64,000 nucleotides of DNA from Polymyxa betae A26-41 (taxonomy: Eukaryota > Protista > Endomyxa: Phytomyxea). Both the position numbers and the translations under genes were made by a program. Shown here in pieces: positions 39,401-54,091 of the stretch. The stretch's first letter is position 1; every line of letters starts with the position of its first letter. Below the pieces are notes generated by a model. The model did not search any database, had not been told where the DNA came from, and was given only the letters and a program-made list of their open reading frames with translations. The stretch lies in contig RBZT01000781.1 of NCBI GenBank assembly GCA_003693705.1, forward strand, positions 62,001 to 126,000, in the 5' to 3' direction.

Positions 39401-40410
39401 GCCTCAACTTCCAGTCGACCTTTCAGCTGCCAAACATTATCAAAAGATAAGTGCTAAATCGGAAAGATAAGCTGTAAGGAAAGTGACAGCTCGTAAATTA
39501 AACCTTGGTTGAATGGAGAGCATGGCGAAGCTTCCAATCAGTTTCACCATCAAGCTGGTCGGTTCTGATAAAGATTTCGCCGGATTCTTCTCGAGTTTTG
39601 AGCAATACCATATCGGCCGGTACTCGCTCGTCTTTATGAACAATCACTACATCTCCAACTCGTAAGCTTGAAGAGGGAACCTAATTTTGATTAAAACTAT
39701 CGTTTGAAAATCTTCGGCACAACAAACCTGCTTGACAACACCATTTTCGATAACTTGATACATGGCAGAATTTGCTTCTTTATCCCGCCGATACCTTTTG
39801 AAATCATCAAAGGCCTTAACACTTTATCAAATTCGGACTAATGAAAGCAACAGGCAAAACCTCTTTGGAAGTAGTCACCGATAAGACAAATACCAGAGGA
39901 GCAACATAGGTGAATAGCACACCAACTTGCAGCTCGGGTATAAACTGGCTACAGGCGACAACCAAAAAGTAAAGGTTGAAGAAATATCGAAACTGGTCAT
40001 AAAGCACCAGAGGCAGAAATGTCAGCAAGGAGTATTTCTGATTACGAATGCGATTAGGCGGGAAAGACAAAGCTGGTTCGGTATAAGAGCATCCATTTCC
40101 GAAGAATAACAAAGCTCTGGCTGTAGCGGTATCTTTTCGTAAACACAAACCCGGGCGTTTCTATACAGAAATAAGCCGGTTGCAATCAAATATGAAATCA
40201 ACCAGCAGTTTTTTGAAAAGCAGGCTTTAAAATTCTAACCTGCCAGATGCGTTCAAGGCAGAGACGCACCTTGTTAAACTGTTCCTTCAATAAAGGAACG
40301 CGGTCATGATGAGCCATATCCGACCCACTGCTGTTATCCTCGATTTCGAAAGCCTCGGCCGTGATCGGCACCATGTCGCTTCGTCGGGGCCGATCACGAT
40401 CACGAGCCAT
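36478..40410 (-). CDS. P4-type phospholipid flippase, ATP9/NEO1 subfamily
   Basis: [37 protein letters not shown] and [11 protein letters not shown]; many introns. Confidence 0.95.
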
Positions 40411-41001
40411 CCTTACAGGCTAGAGGCGCTGTTTTTCTGGAAATGACGTTCTTGACGAATGTATAACAGAAGGATCTGGATGCAGTCACTGATGATGAGC
40501 GTCCGGTGACTAGAAATGGGCTGCGACCTCGTTAACGTTACAATATGCAAGCCATGAAACAGATCAGTACTGATTTTCTGAGACTTCTTTCGTTGAGGCC
40601 GCTAAGTTACCTCAGCCTGACCAAGAGCGAGCTTGTTGTTACGACTGGGATCACGGAACCCGGAAATAGATAATGTAAATGTTGAAGATCGATCAGGTTC
40701 AAGTAATTAATATAGGAGCAATTTTCCGAGAAAAAAACAGGAAAGTTGGTGGAATTTAGATTGATTGGGCCTGCAGAAAGTACAGATGGCAGTTCCATTT
40801 ACCTAAGAGAAGCGGTTCTGATGTAAAGCAGCCAAGAATCAATGTGTCATTCTCAACAACGAGATTACAAGACAATTAGGTGCATATGAACTGTTTATGT
40901 AGTTAAACTGGGAACTAATACATAATAGAGCTCGATGGGGAAAAAATAAACAAATGCAGGGAGGAGGCTCGTAAGATGCAGAAAAACATTCTGCAAACAG
41001 A

Positions 41002-43366
<2,365 letters not shown>

Positions 43367-43901
43367 TTCGATTAAAATCTATAGCAATATGGTCAGCGAT
43401 AACGAATGGACATAGGGCGCCAAGCGCCGAGGCCCGATTAGTGGTAATGATCGACCGAGACTCGCGCGTTAACGGCGTCCACCGCTTGGACTTTCAGTCA
43501 CAAACCGACCTCGTGATTTGCTGATTAATGTTTGGAAAACGATAAATCACAGCGGACGACGGGTAAAGGGATTAACAAGAGGGAAGGACCCGAGCTGATA
43601 CAGACTCCGACTTCGTCTACGAAGATCAAGTAGTGTTGCGAGAAAGCGAGGATTTACGCACTCCGCCGCGCAGCCCGTCGCTTGTTACAGCAAGTATAAG
43701 ATCCGGATTTGGCAGAGAGGAAAATCCCGGTTGGGGGTATGATCAGCCTCCCTGGCCATTGCCATTGCCATCCGAATGAAACTTTCCAATAGCCTTAATA
43801 ACAATGACTAATCCAATGTCATTAAACCCAGATTTTAGCTGGTTTCTCTGGATTCGTCAGTTTCAGAAATATCGCGTGCCAGTTTGATTTAGGCGAAAGA
43901 G

Positions 43902-44687
43902 ATGACAGACAATGGCGCGCTTACGATTCGATTGGTGAAAGCTCAACGACGATTAGGAGATATTCTTGCCAAATGGCCGAGGCCTCCGATGCCGAACATG
44001 TTAGCAGCGTTGATGCCCGAGCTACAAACTTTACCAGATTATCTCGTTTCCCATATCATATCGTTTATGGATCTGTCAGATGATAAGCGTGGCGCGATTC
44101 TAGTTGCTATTGCCATAATTGCCATCGATTCACGGAAAGCTGCATTACGGTTGATTGAACCAATTAAAATTTCAACGTCAATACCGTGTATGGTTCAGCT
44201 GTTGGAAAACTTATTGAAGGAGCTGAACTTGGAGAGCGTTGCTGATCTTCGCAATCTTATCGCTAATCGCAACCAAAGATGTCACAGACTAACTTGCGGT
44301 GTTGAGTTCACACGACGTCAATCGCCATGGTGCAGGTTTCATACAGGCATAGCTGCTAGAGATCACCAGCAACACTCCTTGTCTCTGACAAGACCCGCAT
44401 GGATCGGGCGATATCGCAGGCAGCTATCGCTGGCTCCATATGCATGTTGCGGTGGGCAAATAGACAATAGCGAGCAATGTCGAATGGGGTATCATATCGG
44501 CGAACTGGAAGACATGCTTCTGTTCGGCTATGCGGTGATTGCAGGCGTTCAAATAGCCTTCCAACGTCCTTACAACGATGACGCAATGAAACTAGCACTG
44601 CAATTCTTAACCCTAGATGGTTTACACTTTGACATCGATGAGTTTGAGTGGGGAATACCTGCATCGGAATGGTCTCAAAGGCCATAA
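43902..44687 (+). CDS. Hypothetical protein with F-box-like segment and CHORD-like Zn motif, intronless
   Basis: LQTLPDYLVSHIISFM; CHRLTCG...CRFHTG...YACCG...CRMGYH. Confidence 0.6.
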   Translation: MTDNGALTIRLVKAQRRLGDILAKWPRPPMPNMLAALMPELQTLPDYLVSHIISFMDLSDDKRGAILVAIAIIAIDSRKAALRLIEPIKISTSIPCMVQLLENLLKELNLESVADLRNLIANRNQRCHRLTCGVEFTRRQSPWCRFHTGIAARDHQQHSLSLTRPAWIGRYRRQLSLAPYACCGGQIDNSEQCRMGYHIGELEDMLLFGYAVIAGVQIAFQRPYNDDAMKLALQFLTLDGLHFDIDEFEWGIPASEWSQRP

Positions 44688-44957
44688 GCGATCATGTCTT
44701 CTTAAGCGAAGAAACCTAAGCAAGATTGATATTATGGGCCTCATCTCGATTTGAACAGACGGTTTTCAGCTCTTCTGCAACTAAACGGCTGATTATCGAT
44801 CCAGAAGAACGCTTCATTATTTGCAAAGAGTAAAGAGTGGGGATTTCAAGTGGATTTTTCAACTCATTTCAGAAGCGCATGAAATATTGCGCCGCAGTTA
44901 GGTGAATTAGACGGGCGCACATTTCTGAAACTTTTTTTTAACTGCCATTTGCAGCGT

Positions 44958-47900
44958 ATGCAGCAGCCCGCCGTCAGCCATGACGACGATGCCCCTTTTC
45001 TCCATCCAGCCTTGGCTCTGGCTCTGCGGCTGATAGTAGCTGCCAAAACCAACCCTTCCGTTTCGATTTTGAAAGAAATAACATCACAACTCCAGGCGTC
45101 GCCGGTACCGGCCCCAGCTTCATTACTTTCCGTGGCTTTGCACCCGGCGTTGCCGCTTCTTGCTAAAGATCACCCAGAAGCGTTACAATATATTCAGACG
45201 TTAGTGAGGCTTTGCCCAGACCCAATACCGTTAGCGTTCTGGCCAACTGCTATTGGGGCTCTGTCTGCAGCATCACGGCGCCTGAAAAATGAGTGCTCTC
45301 GCCTCGATTGCATTCTTTTGATGCGAGCGATGTTCACACCAGCAGTCGGAAAACAGTTTTCTGACTCATCATTTTCTAGTCCTTTTGCTCATGTCGTCGG
45401 TGCTCTTTTAGAGACGACACGTTTGGAATCGCTGAAAGCGTTACGAGTTGCTGCTGTGGAGGCTATTGAAGCTCTCATCATTCATGTCGATGCTAAAGCG
45501 TTGACTCCAATAACCCCTGGTCTTTTGTCAGGCCTAGCGGCAGTTGCAGCGGGCGATTTCAAGTCTGGATCCAACGTTATCTGCAGTGCAATCCATTGCT
45601 TCACCTCAGTTATGCAGATTGTATTCAGTCTCTCACAGGATGATTCTTTTCGGTTTAATGCGTCAATGCTTTCTTCCAGTATTCTGCGAAGACGTTTTTA
45701 TGAAGGTCCAGAGCCAACTGCTCGTGTCCGTTCGTCCTTAGTTACTGCAGCCACAGCCTTGCTCAAGCTGCCTCTATGTGAAGAGGCTCGAGCAGCTTGG
45801 ATTGACTCTTTGCTTGCTCTTGCTGAGGACAATATTGTTGCTGAAGAAGCTCTTTCTGCTTTACAATCTGTGCCAGCTATTTCAAGTGGCGATCTTATGC
45901 GCCGCCTCTCTAAGATCTCAAAACCAGCACCTCGCTTACAGGACGTTCGATCTGCTATGAGAGCTATTCGGTTATGCCCTAGCTCAGAACTTGAAAATCT
46001 ATGGCGAACAGAGAAGGATAAAGTTTCCAGGATTCTCTCGAGCTTGGTTGCGATTGATACCCGTGCTGTAATAGCTTTGCAGCCGCGAACCATTTCTCGG
46101 TATCTTTAGCGTTTCTCCTTCTGACCTTTCTCTAATACTTTTGGTCAGATTATCTCCATACTATCAAATCAGCCTCTCCAACTTTCCATTGGTGCCTGAG
46201 GCTGCATTCAGTCTTGTAGAGACACTCATCCAATGTTTGTCTTACGATATGCTTGTTGATCTTTTCACAACATGCCTGGCTGAACCTGGTCCAACATGGC
46301 TGCTGATTGTCGATTGCATTATTCGGTCAGCGTCGGATTTACCGGCTGAAGTCTCCGATCGCATCATCAGTGATGATCTTTTTGCATTAGATCCTGATTC
46401 GCTAACAATATTGCTACGCTGCATTGGCTCTCTCGCCTTGCGTTTACGCGAAGAGTTTCGACCTCTGTTGCTGCATTCCCTGTTTCCAGTGGTACTCCTA
46501 ATCGCTCATTCTTCTCCAACCGTGTCGCAAGCTGCTTTAGCTACCGTCGATCGCATTGCTTACGCTCTGGATTATGACGGTTTTACTGCGTTGCTGGCTG
46601 ATAATGTGGACTATTTAGTGGATGCGATTTCGTTTCGTTTATCATCTCCGGATGCGCTCAACGCTTCCCGTTTACTCGAGCGACTTTTCTCATTTGAAAA
46701 TTCATCAACGTGCCTGGCTCCATTGTTAATCGACACGATTACGACCGTCATTGATTGTCTGTATGAGCCGAAACTTGACCCTGAATTGGCTCTGTCGTTC
46801 TTTCGTGTTCTGAATTTTGCAGCTCGAGCTCTCTTACCGGTTCCGAAGCGAGATCTTGAACAAGTCTCGACAAATGGTTGCTATTACGAACCTGAACAAG
46901 TGGCGATGAGGCTTTCTCACTCGATTTCTCGGTTTCGGAATCTTCGCAAGAGGAAGGACGAATTCGAAAAGAGTTTCGAATCGAATAATCGAGAAGAATT
47001 CGTTCCTCCGCACTTACAAAAGGAATTTGAAAACAGTAAAGTCGAAGGCATCAATGATGATGTTGATATTGATGACAAACCTGAATTAATTGATGCCAAC
47101 TCCATGGAGGCAAGCAAAAGTCAAGAACCATCAACGGAAATGAAAACCATCGTGCTGATTGTGGATCGTTGTAGACATTTCATTGAGACTCCAGATCTAC
47201 ATCATCGCCATGCTGTATTAGAGGTGGTCGCCTCTTGCTTACAAGCTCTTTCGTCCAGCTCTGAGCTACTTCTTCCTCAGGTACTTTGCTGCTTGTTCGT
47301 TGCTTTGTATTCGCCCACTGACTGAATCAAGGTTGCGAAAATCTGGGATCCTCTCAAATTGGCATTTAGCCCTAACAGTAGCAGGTTCGTTATTCAGAAG
47401 GCGCTTGATGTTGCCGAAGTTGTGGTATCTGTTTGTCCAGACTTTGTTGCCCATCGAGTATCAACAGATTTATGGCCAAGGTGAGCATATGTTTTGGTTT
47501 GACAATTCTTGAATAATCGATGATGCAGCATGAAAAGGGTATTGATTGCAGAGCAACGAACATTAGCTAATGCCTTAAATCCCAATGTGGTGGATCGAGC
47601 ATCTGTTGCTGCTCAAGGCCATGCTTTACGTTTGCTGTATTCAGCCCTGCGACACCCTACTTCCTGCAATAATATTATTGGAGAGATCGCCACTGTTATG
47701 TCGGCCTACCTTTCCGAATCAATGCCATCCGTTTTGCAAGAGGAAGCTCGGAAGCTGTTCAGTCTGATCTGCGACGTCGATCCTGATACGGCTTGGTGGT
47801 CTCTGGTATCCCTCATTTCGCCTTCTAATGTTCCAATCCCTAATAATTGTATACCTCTGCCCTTGCAATGGCATGCACCAAATCCCCGATTGTTTCAGCG

Positions 47901-47979
47901 CAATGTCGCTCATGTTCTGTCAAGGTTGCAAACATTACCTGAGGTCCGGTTTGAAGACTATTTAAATAGAGAAGAGTAA
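44958..47979 (+). CDS. TTI1: TTI1 (TELO2-interacting protein 1), HEAT-repeat TTT subunit
   Basis: PGLLSGL, LLADNVDYLVDAISFRL, ELLLP.V.KIW and VDPDTAWW; long helical repeat protein. Confidence 0.8.
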
Positions 47980-48087
47980 ATTTACTGTAATATCATAATT
48001 ATGTTTTATTATCCGGAGATCCATCGTCAGGCTAGCTCACATGATCAGACAAGTCGCTGTCTTGAATTATTCAGCATCGTCGTAATG

Positions 48088-48119
48088 TTAACCCTAACCC
48101 TAAACCCTAAAACCCCTAG
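48088..48119. repeat. Interstitial telomere-like repeats (CCCTA[A]n)
   Basis: ttaaccctaaccctaaaccctaaaacccctag-type run; shorter copies occur elsewhere in the window. Confidence 0.8.
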
Positions 48120-48385
48120 ACTATGCTGCCATAGTGAGATCTGGAGCGAATTGTCATGAAAAGAAGTAGCTTTGTAGTCTCTTAACTAAACATCGAAATT
48201 AAGTAGCGCATCCATTTTTGTCCAAACTCTACCTTCTATGATAAAGATTATGTAGAACGACTAAGTGAGAAATGTAATAGACGAAGTTGTTTTTTGAAAA
48301 TTAACTCCGTCACAAAAATCTGCGTTCCTCGAAAATTCTCTTGAATGTTTCATTTTTGAAGCTGCACGGCTTCAGTGAATCGAAA

Positions 48386-49975
48386 ATGTCCATGACCAGT
48401 AGCCTCCCGATGTCGCCATCGGGCGACCAATCGATGTCACAGCCGTCATCAGTGAAGCCACTGTACTGTTCGATGGCCGAATGCCCTGATGATTTTCGCC
48501 GTTATTTCGAACTCGAACGCACTCTCGATTTCTGCAGGCATCATGCTGTGAAAAAGCTAGCCTTACAGCTTCCCGATCATCTTCTCTGGGCAGCATCATG
48601 TCTCTGTCAATCTCTCTCCGAATTCGTGGCCGCCGTTCTCGCCGACTCGTCCTTCTCACCTTGTTGCGTCGATGAAATCGCCGCCGAGCACATCGCCGCC
48701 GACGCCATCGTCCATTACGGCCATCGAGCCTGCCTTTCACAGACAACACGAATTCCAGTCCTGCATGTCTTCGGCAAGCTGCCCATCAACGTCCCCGACA
48801 TCATCGCACAATTTGCAACTGTGAGTTTTCGCTAGAATCTAGGGTTTTAGGGTTTAACATTTCGGCACAGGTGAACAGCACTAATCTGGTTGTCGTTGCC
48901 GATCTGCATTATGTTGAATCGCTCGAGGCACAAGCCGCTCTGTTTCCAGAGGGCGTCCAGATTGCCACGCCCGGATGTCGTTGCGCCGGGCTCAATTTTG
49001 ACGGTCAGCCCGACGCCATCCTGTACGTCGGCAATGACGATTCGATCGCCACCCTTCTGGCTCTGCATTTCAATGACACGGCCCAATTCGTGTATGACCC
49101 GGCGGCGAAGACACCGACCATCACCCGGGTAAATTCGGTCCGCTCCAAGGCCCTGATGCGACGAAGGCGATTCCTGATCGAAAAAGTTAAAGATTCCACT
49201 TCGATCGGCATCGTTGCTGGCACATTAGCTGTTTGTGAGTCCTGATTTGTTTCGCGTTTAATCTGTTCGATCCTGTTGCTAATCTTCATATTTTATCCGA
49301 AATTCGTCATTTAGTCGATTGTCCTGACACAGTTTTCAGCCGGTTACCTTGATTGTATTCGGCATCTACAAAAGGTGATTCGAGATAGCGGCCGTCGCTG
49401 CTACACTGTCGCGATCGGGAAGCTAAACGCCGCCAAGATCGCCAATTTCGTCGGCATCGACATCTTCGTGATGGTCGCTTGCCCCGTCTCGTGCGTCATC
49501 GATTCGCTCGATTTCAGCGTTGATGTCGTGACACCCGTCGACGTCGACCTGGCTCTCAATACGTAACCCATCGCCCTATGATTCGTGGTTCGGAAAGTCA
49601 TGCTGCCCCTTGCAGGAATCGGTGCCCATACAGGCCGTATTCCACCGATTTTCATTCGATTCTGGGTGACCAGAGGGATGAATGTGAATGCTGCTCTGAG
49701 CGCGATGACGCCGAGGGTGACGAGGCGTCGCCGCGGTTCTCGTTGATCAGCGGGAAGCTCGTCAGTGTAATAAGGCGCGGCGTCTGTTTGTCAGCGACGG
49801 ATTGAATCTGTTTGTTCAGAATGGCGATGATCTGACGGCCAATGCATTCAACACTGTGGCAATGGTCGGCAATACGCGATCATTCTCTGGTCTGAATCCG
49901 AATATTGGTGCAACGCCAGTTCTTCCAGTTGAGAGGGGCCAGATTGGGATCCCTTCGGAATACTCGCCCTTGTAA
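48386..49975 (+). CDS. DPH2: Diphthamide biosynthesis protein 2
   Basis: ALQLPDHLL, SPCCVDEIAAEH...VHYG..CLS, GKLNAAKIANF..IDIFVMVACP and FSLISGKL. Confidence 0.9.
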
Positions 49976-50359
49976 TCTAATGGCATCCCGCCATTTTGCT
50001 AACCTTCTCTCTGGTCCAAAATGTAATCAAGATGATCAAGGTTTCGCAGCTCACTTTTTACTTTCAAATTTATCTAGCAATTACAAACTGTCTATTATAA
50101 ATAAATTCTATCAACTTTTTAATGATTTCACTTAGCTTGTGTGTAAACCAATGCTTGAACGATTAACAAGATTGATATCTGGAAACTACTGGAAGTGCAG
50201 TAAAAGTTAGGCTTATTGTCTACATTATACAGTCAGAGTATTTCCAGCAAACAATCTTTCATTTATGGTAAGTGGCTAGATTATTGATTATGGTTTTGCT
50301 ACCGATGTTGTCCTCTTAAACGCTCGTAAGAGGTTTCAAGCGAGTTCGGGCGGTACTGA

Positions 50360-50958
50360 CTACGTGCTGCTCTCTCCGGTCTCCTCCTTCTTCTTGGTCT
50401 CGGCATGGTTCGGGAACTGGCAGGTCACCAGCGTGAAATCCTTATCTGCGTCCCAGCAGTCCAACGTCATCGAAGCATTCTACACCTGCAGTTGCTGCTT
50501 ACCAGGAGCAATGACGATTTCACCACGTAAACTATGTAATCGCACCGTCACCAGCTGGTTCTGTGTTAACACAATCAATGGGGGTCCAGTACGGTCCAGA
50601 AACGATGCACTCGACCTCGTTCACGATCGGATGCCCGTCGGGATGGACGACGGCGGAATCGCTGACATTCGTATGGCCGGGGGCGTCCGCGGCACCGGCC
50701 AGAGCTTTGTCATCGCGAAGGAACTTCTGTGTCATGTAGACGAGCTCGGAAGTGAGAGCCGCCATCTGCACCATCTTCTTCGCATCCATCCCATCCGCTT
50801 TGATCGGGATCGCTACCAACACGATCAGTCTGGAGCGCGACCAAGAACCGAGACCCCGCCCGACCTTGGGCGTTCATCAAGACCCAGCTGGTGACGCCCG
50901 GATGCGTCTGCAGCTTGCGCAGACAGAGCTCCGGTGAGAACTCCTCCTCCATTGACAT
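50360..50958 (-). CDS. Dynein light chain roadblock/LC7-type
   Basis: Spliced LRKLQTHPGV...NAQGIPIK...NELVTVRLHSLRGEIVIAPDKDFTLVTCQ. Confidence 0.85.
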
Positions 50959-51116
50959 CGCCCTTAGTACGGTCGATTGTGCTGCTCTCTCATGACGACC
51001 ATCTCCATATTGGGGGCACCTCGGCCCCATGTGACGAGCAGCACGGGCTGTCAAACCCTAAACCCTTGACTAACCCCAAATTGTTATCTAAATGGTGCTT
51101 AATTGTATTGTTGATT

Positions 51117-51709
51117 TCATGAGCTGCCAGGCTCGCCGGGCTGACGCCACGGCCGCTCTTTGACGGTTAGCTGACGCGCTCGAGCTCGGGCCGCCTTGCG
51201 CTCGGCCGGTGATTCCCCATCGAACGGCGGCTTCTTTGAGGCTCGGCACCGCTGTGCGCGCTGCTTTGCCCGCCTGATATCTTCATCGGGATCGCGGCTC
51301 TCGATATTATGCTGACGTTGAATCGTATCTATTCGGTCGTTAACAGAACCAATGTAGCCTTCTCATCAATTTTCATTTTTAACAAGAAATGCTCTGTAAT
51401 ATCAAACGCCGTTCATCAAAGCTCTGCGTTTGACCCACCTAAAACGCTTTTGAATGCGATTTGGCCGACACTGGCTGCTCGGCCCATCGTCGCAGCTGTC
51501 GCCCGACGATGATGAAAGGCGACGTTCTCCAAAGCAACCACAATGTCTTGAAGGTCGCGCCGTGCCTCAGCAGTCGATGATTGGCCATGACGAACGCTAC
51601 GATCAGCAGCGAAGAGCGGCGTTGAGGGAAGCGACAGCGGCGTCTGAGCCGAAGGGCATCGGCGATGGATTCGCTCCCGCTTCCATAATTGAAAATCGTC
51701 TCGCGACAT
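51117..51709 (-). CDS. Hypothetical basic protein, about 3 exons
   Basis: MSRDDFQLWKRER... can be spliced through two GT-AG introns into an Arg-rich final exon ending TGA at 51117; no family recognised. Confidence 0.4.
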
Positions 51710-51811
51710 TCTGCAACGAACGTACCCCAGATCGATCAACAATGCCAATCATCTCTGTCAAATAATTGCAAGCGAAATTATGTATTGTAGGAAATCGACA
51801 GGCTGGGATAT

Positions 51812-52156
51812 TTATTTCTGGGCAGCTTTTTTGGCGACAGCCTTGGAGGAAACAGCCTTGGTGCCTTCACGGAAACCGTTCTTCTGTAAACGCGGGATAT
51901 GACGCAGGTAGCGCATACGACCAGTTCCGGTAGTTTTGCGACGGCACGCCTTCTCACTCCAGTTGTCTATTTGGCATTCGTCAGCAGACGATTCGAGGTC
52001 GTCTCACGACTTACAGCTTCGCATCTTCTTCTGGGGCCAGCCGCACGACGAGCATTGATGTTTCTGGATGTGGAAAGAACGACGGCCGCATCGGGCGTAG
52101 CAGATGACGTGCGTCTTCGAGGTACGCTTACCGAACGATGTGGTGCCCTTGGTCAT
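51812..52156 (-). CDS. RPL37: 60S ribosomal protein eL37, 2 exons
   Basis: [15 protein letters not shown]...[19 protein letters not shown]...[20 protein letters not shown]. Confidence 0.96.
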
Positions 52157-53086
52157 GGTGCTGCTGCTTGTCGGCCGATATCACACACGATCGAATAGGA
52201 GAGGATTTGGAGGCGACGGACTCCGCTACGGACTTGGCCACATTCTCTCGTTATATTATCGCCGCGCTAAAAATCCCATAAAATCTCCAAGAAAACATAC
52301 TGGTTTTATGTAAGTGTGCTGCCTTCAGGCAAGATTCAGTGCAGGTTAAAGATACGCTATCAATGATATCGTCGGTATATAATGTTTATCTACCAGACAA
52401 CTTGCACAGCTATCGTTGAAAGGAGAGGTTTGCCCGAGATCAGATATGGCTATGGTGAACAGATGAATCCGTTCATGTCGTAAAACGGCGAATAGTAGCG
52501 CTCGGTATAGCTGTAAGCAAACGATGCTTTCTGACAAATAGCATCATGATGAGCAGAGATGCGAAAGGAACAATTACCAACTAACTTTTACTAAAGTTCG
52601 TTGAACCAATACAAGCTTACGTCGTCTGTGTTGGCTAATTGCACGAAGATGATCAAGCACCGACGTTAAGCGATAAGCGAATGTTTCCAGATTTCAGATT
52701 GAATTTATGGCTTGAGATCGACGTTTCTGCCATTATGATTTGAAATTCTTTCTATGGACCCAGTCCGGTATCTGCTCGGTCGCATTTAGTTAGTCAGCTT
52801 CTATCTGCTATTGTAGTCTTCCATCGCCTTTGCTCAAGGTTCAAGGATTTTGTATTTCAGGTTTATTTCGTCATCAATCAAGAGATGCCGCAAGTTGACC
52901 AGCATCCTCTTAACTGCCACAACGGAAAGAGGAAGCCGTAAAAGCCCCGTTAGTAAAGCCGATTAAAAATGCAAGGCGGAATTCGAAAATGAGCTCCTTT
53001 GAAGGTAAGAGAATTACCCCCATTATCTATGTTCGGCAATTCTCTGCAAGAGTTCGTGTGGTGTATTGCATATGCGTGAGTAGCGA

Positions 53087-53950
53087 TTAGCGGCTGCCTG
53101 GTCTCGAGCCGAATACCCCGGAGAAACGTCGCCTTTGTCCAACGACTTCATCGATCGCACCGAGAGATACCTGTCTCGAGACGTCTTCAACTGGCTCGGC
53201 AGCGACCACAACATCCGGTTCATGAAAATCCTTGGTGGGAGACAGTATCCCTGGAGGTGATGGTTTCCTGGCGCCATAAAGACATCGCGGTTCATCTTTC
53301 GAGCCTACTTTCGTCTCAACCGGTCGTTCAGAATTTCTGATGCCGAATACACGTCTGAAGGGTTGTGGCTTATCGGAAACAGATCGCCGCAACGACTGTG
53401 GTGGATGCGGTCGCTCCGGGTTCGGCAATGATTGGTAGCTTTGTAAGACCGGCGCCCTCAGCTTGATTTTGGCCAATTTCTCTAACTCTGGCTTAAGGTC
53501 CAGGTCGACCGAAATCGCATGATCATTAGGTTCCGAGGATGACATTTGGACCAACTTGTTGAGTTCATCCGGAGTCATTTTAGGTAATGAGGCGGTACCT
53601 TTGCCAGGAGTCTTCAGACCCAATATTGCTACAGCCTTGCGATTGTCCAGATTCTCGACGTACTTGTGGGTTGATGGCTTGTCCAGGTGGAATTCTGTGA
53701 GCGCTGCTGATCTGTATGTGACCTTAGAGCTATCGATGCCTGCGAATACAGTTCGCCTTGGAGTACCACCCAGGTTGGGCAGAGGGGTTGGGTTCAGTGC
53801 CCGGGGAGCCTTCGGCAGCTTTCGATCACAATCCCAGCGCCGACGCGCCGGCCCAGACGACGCCCCCGCCGCATCAGCCGACGACAACAGCGCGACTACG
53901 ACATTGAATATGATGGCAATTGTCAGGCTGAGCCTCGGCTGATGAAGCAT
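53087..53950 (-). CDS. Hypothetical secreted basic Pro-rich protein; alternative start 54058
   Basis: Long intronless ORF; MLHQPRLSLTIAIIFNVVVALLSSADA resembles a signal peptide. Confidence 0.6.
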   Translation of the reverse strand: MLHQPRLSLTIAIIFNVVVALLSSADAAGASSGPARRRWDCDRKLPKAPRALNPTPLPNLGGTPRRTVFAGIDSSKVTYRSAALTEFHLDKPSTHKYVENLDNRKAVAILGLKTPGKGTASLPKMTPDELNKLVQMSSSEPNDHAISVDLDLKPELEKLAKIKLRAPVLQSYQSLPNPERPHPPQSLRRSVSDKPQPFRRVFGIRNSERPVETKVGSKDEPRCLYGARKPSPPGILSPTKDFHEPDVVVAAEPVEDVSRQVSLGAIDEVVGQRRRFSGVFGSRPGSR

Positions 53951-54091
53951 TGGGGTCGAATGGCCCCATGGGGGCGCCGCTACTCCCGCGCTAACGCAGT
54001 CGCACTCTTTGGGTTTCTTTTCTCTGTTACGCGGCGACTGCGCACTTCTTTGTACCATCACTGGGTGCGGTGTTCGTTATCGACGTCTTTA

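Noticed and set aside
40484-40585. Possible C/D snoRNA (ATGATGA...CTGA with short AGTC/GACT stem)
   Set aside because: Stem spacing is atypical, no rRNA guide is recognisable, and it lies in the ATP9 promoter region; a snoscan/Infernal run would be needed.
46100-46148. TTI1 intron starting GTATCTTT, U12-like
   Set aside because: It deviates from GTATCCTT and there is no TCCTTAAC branch site.
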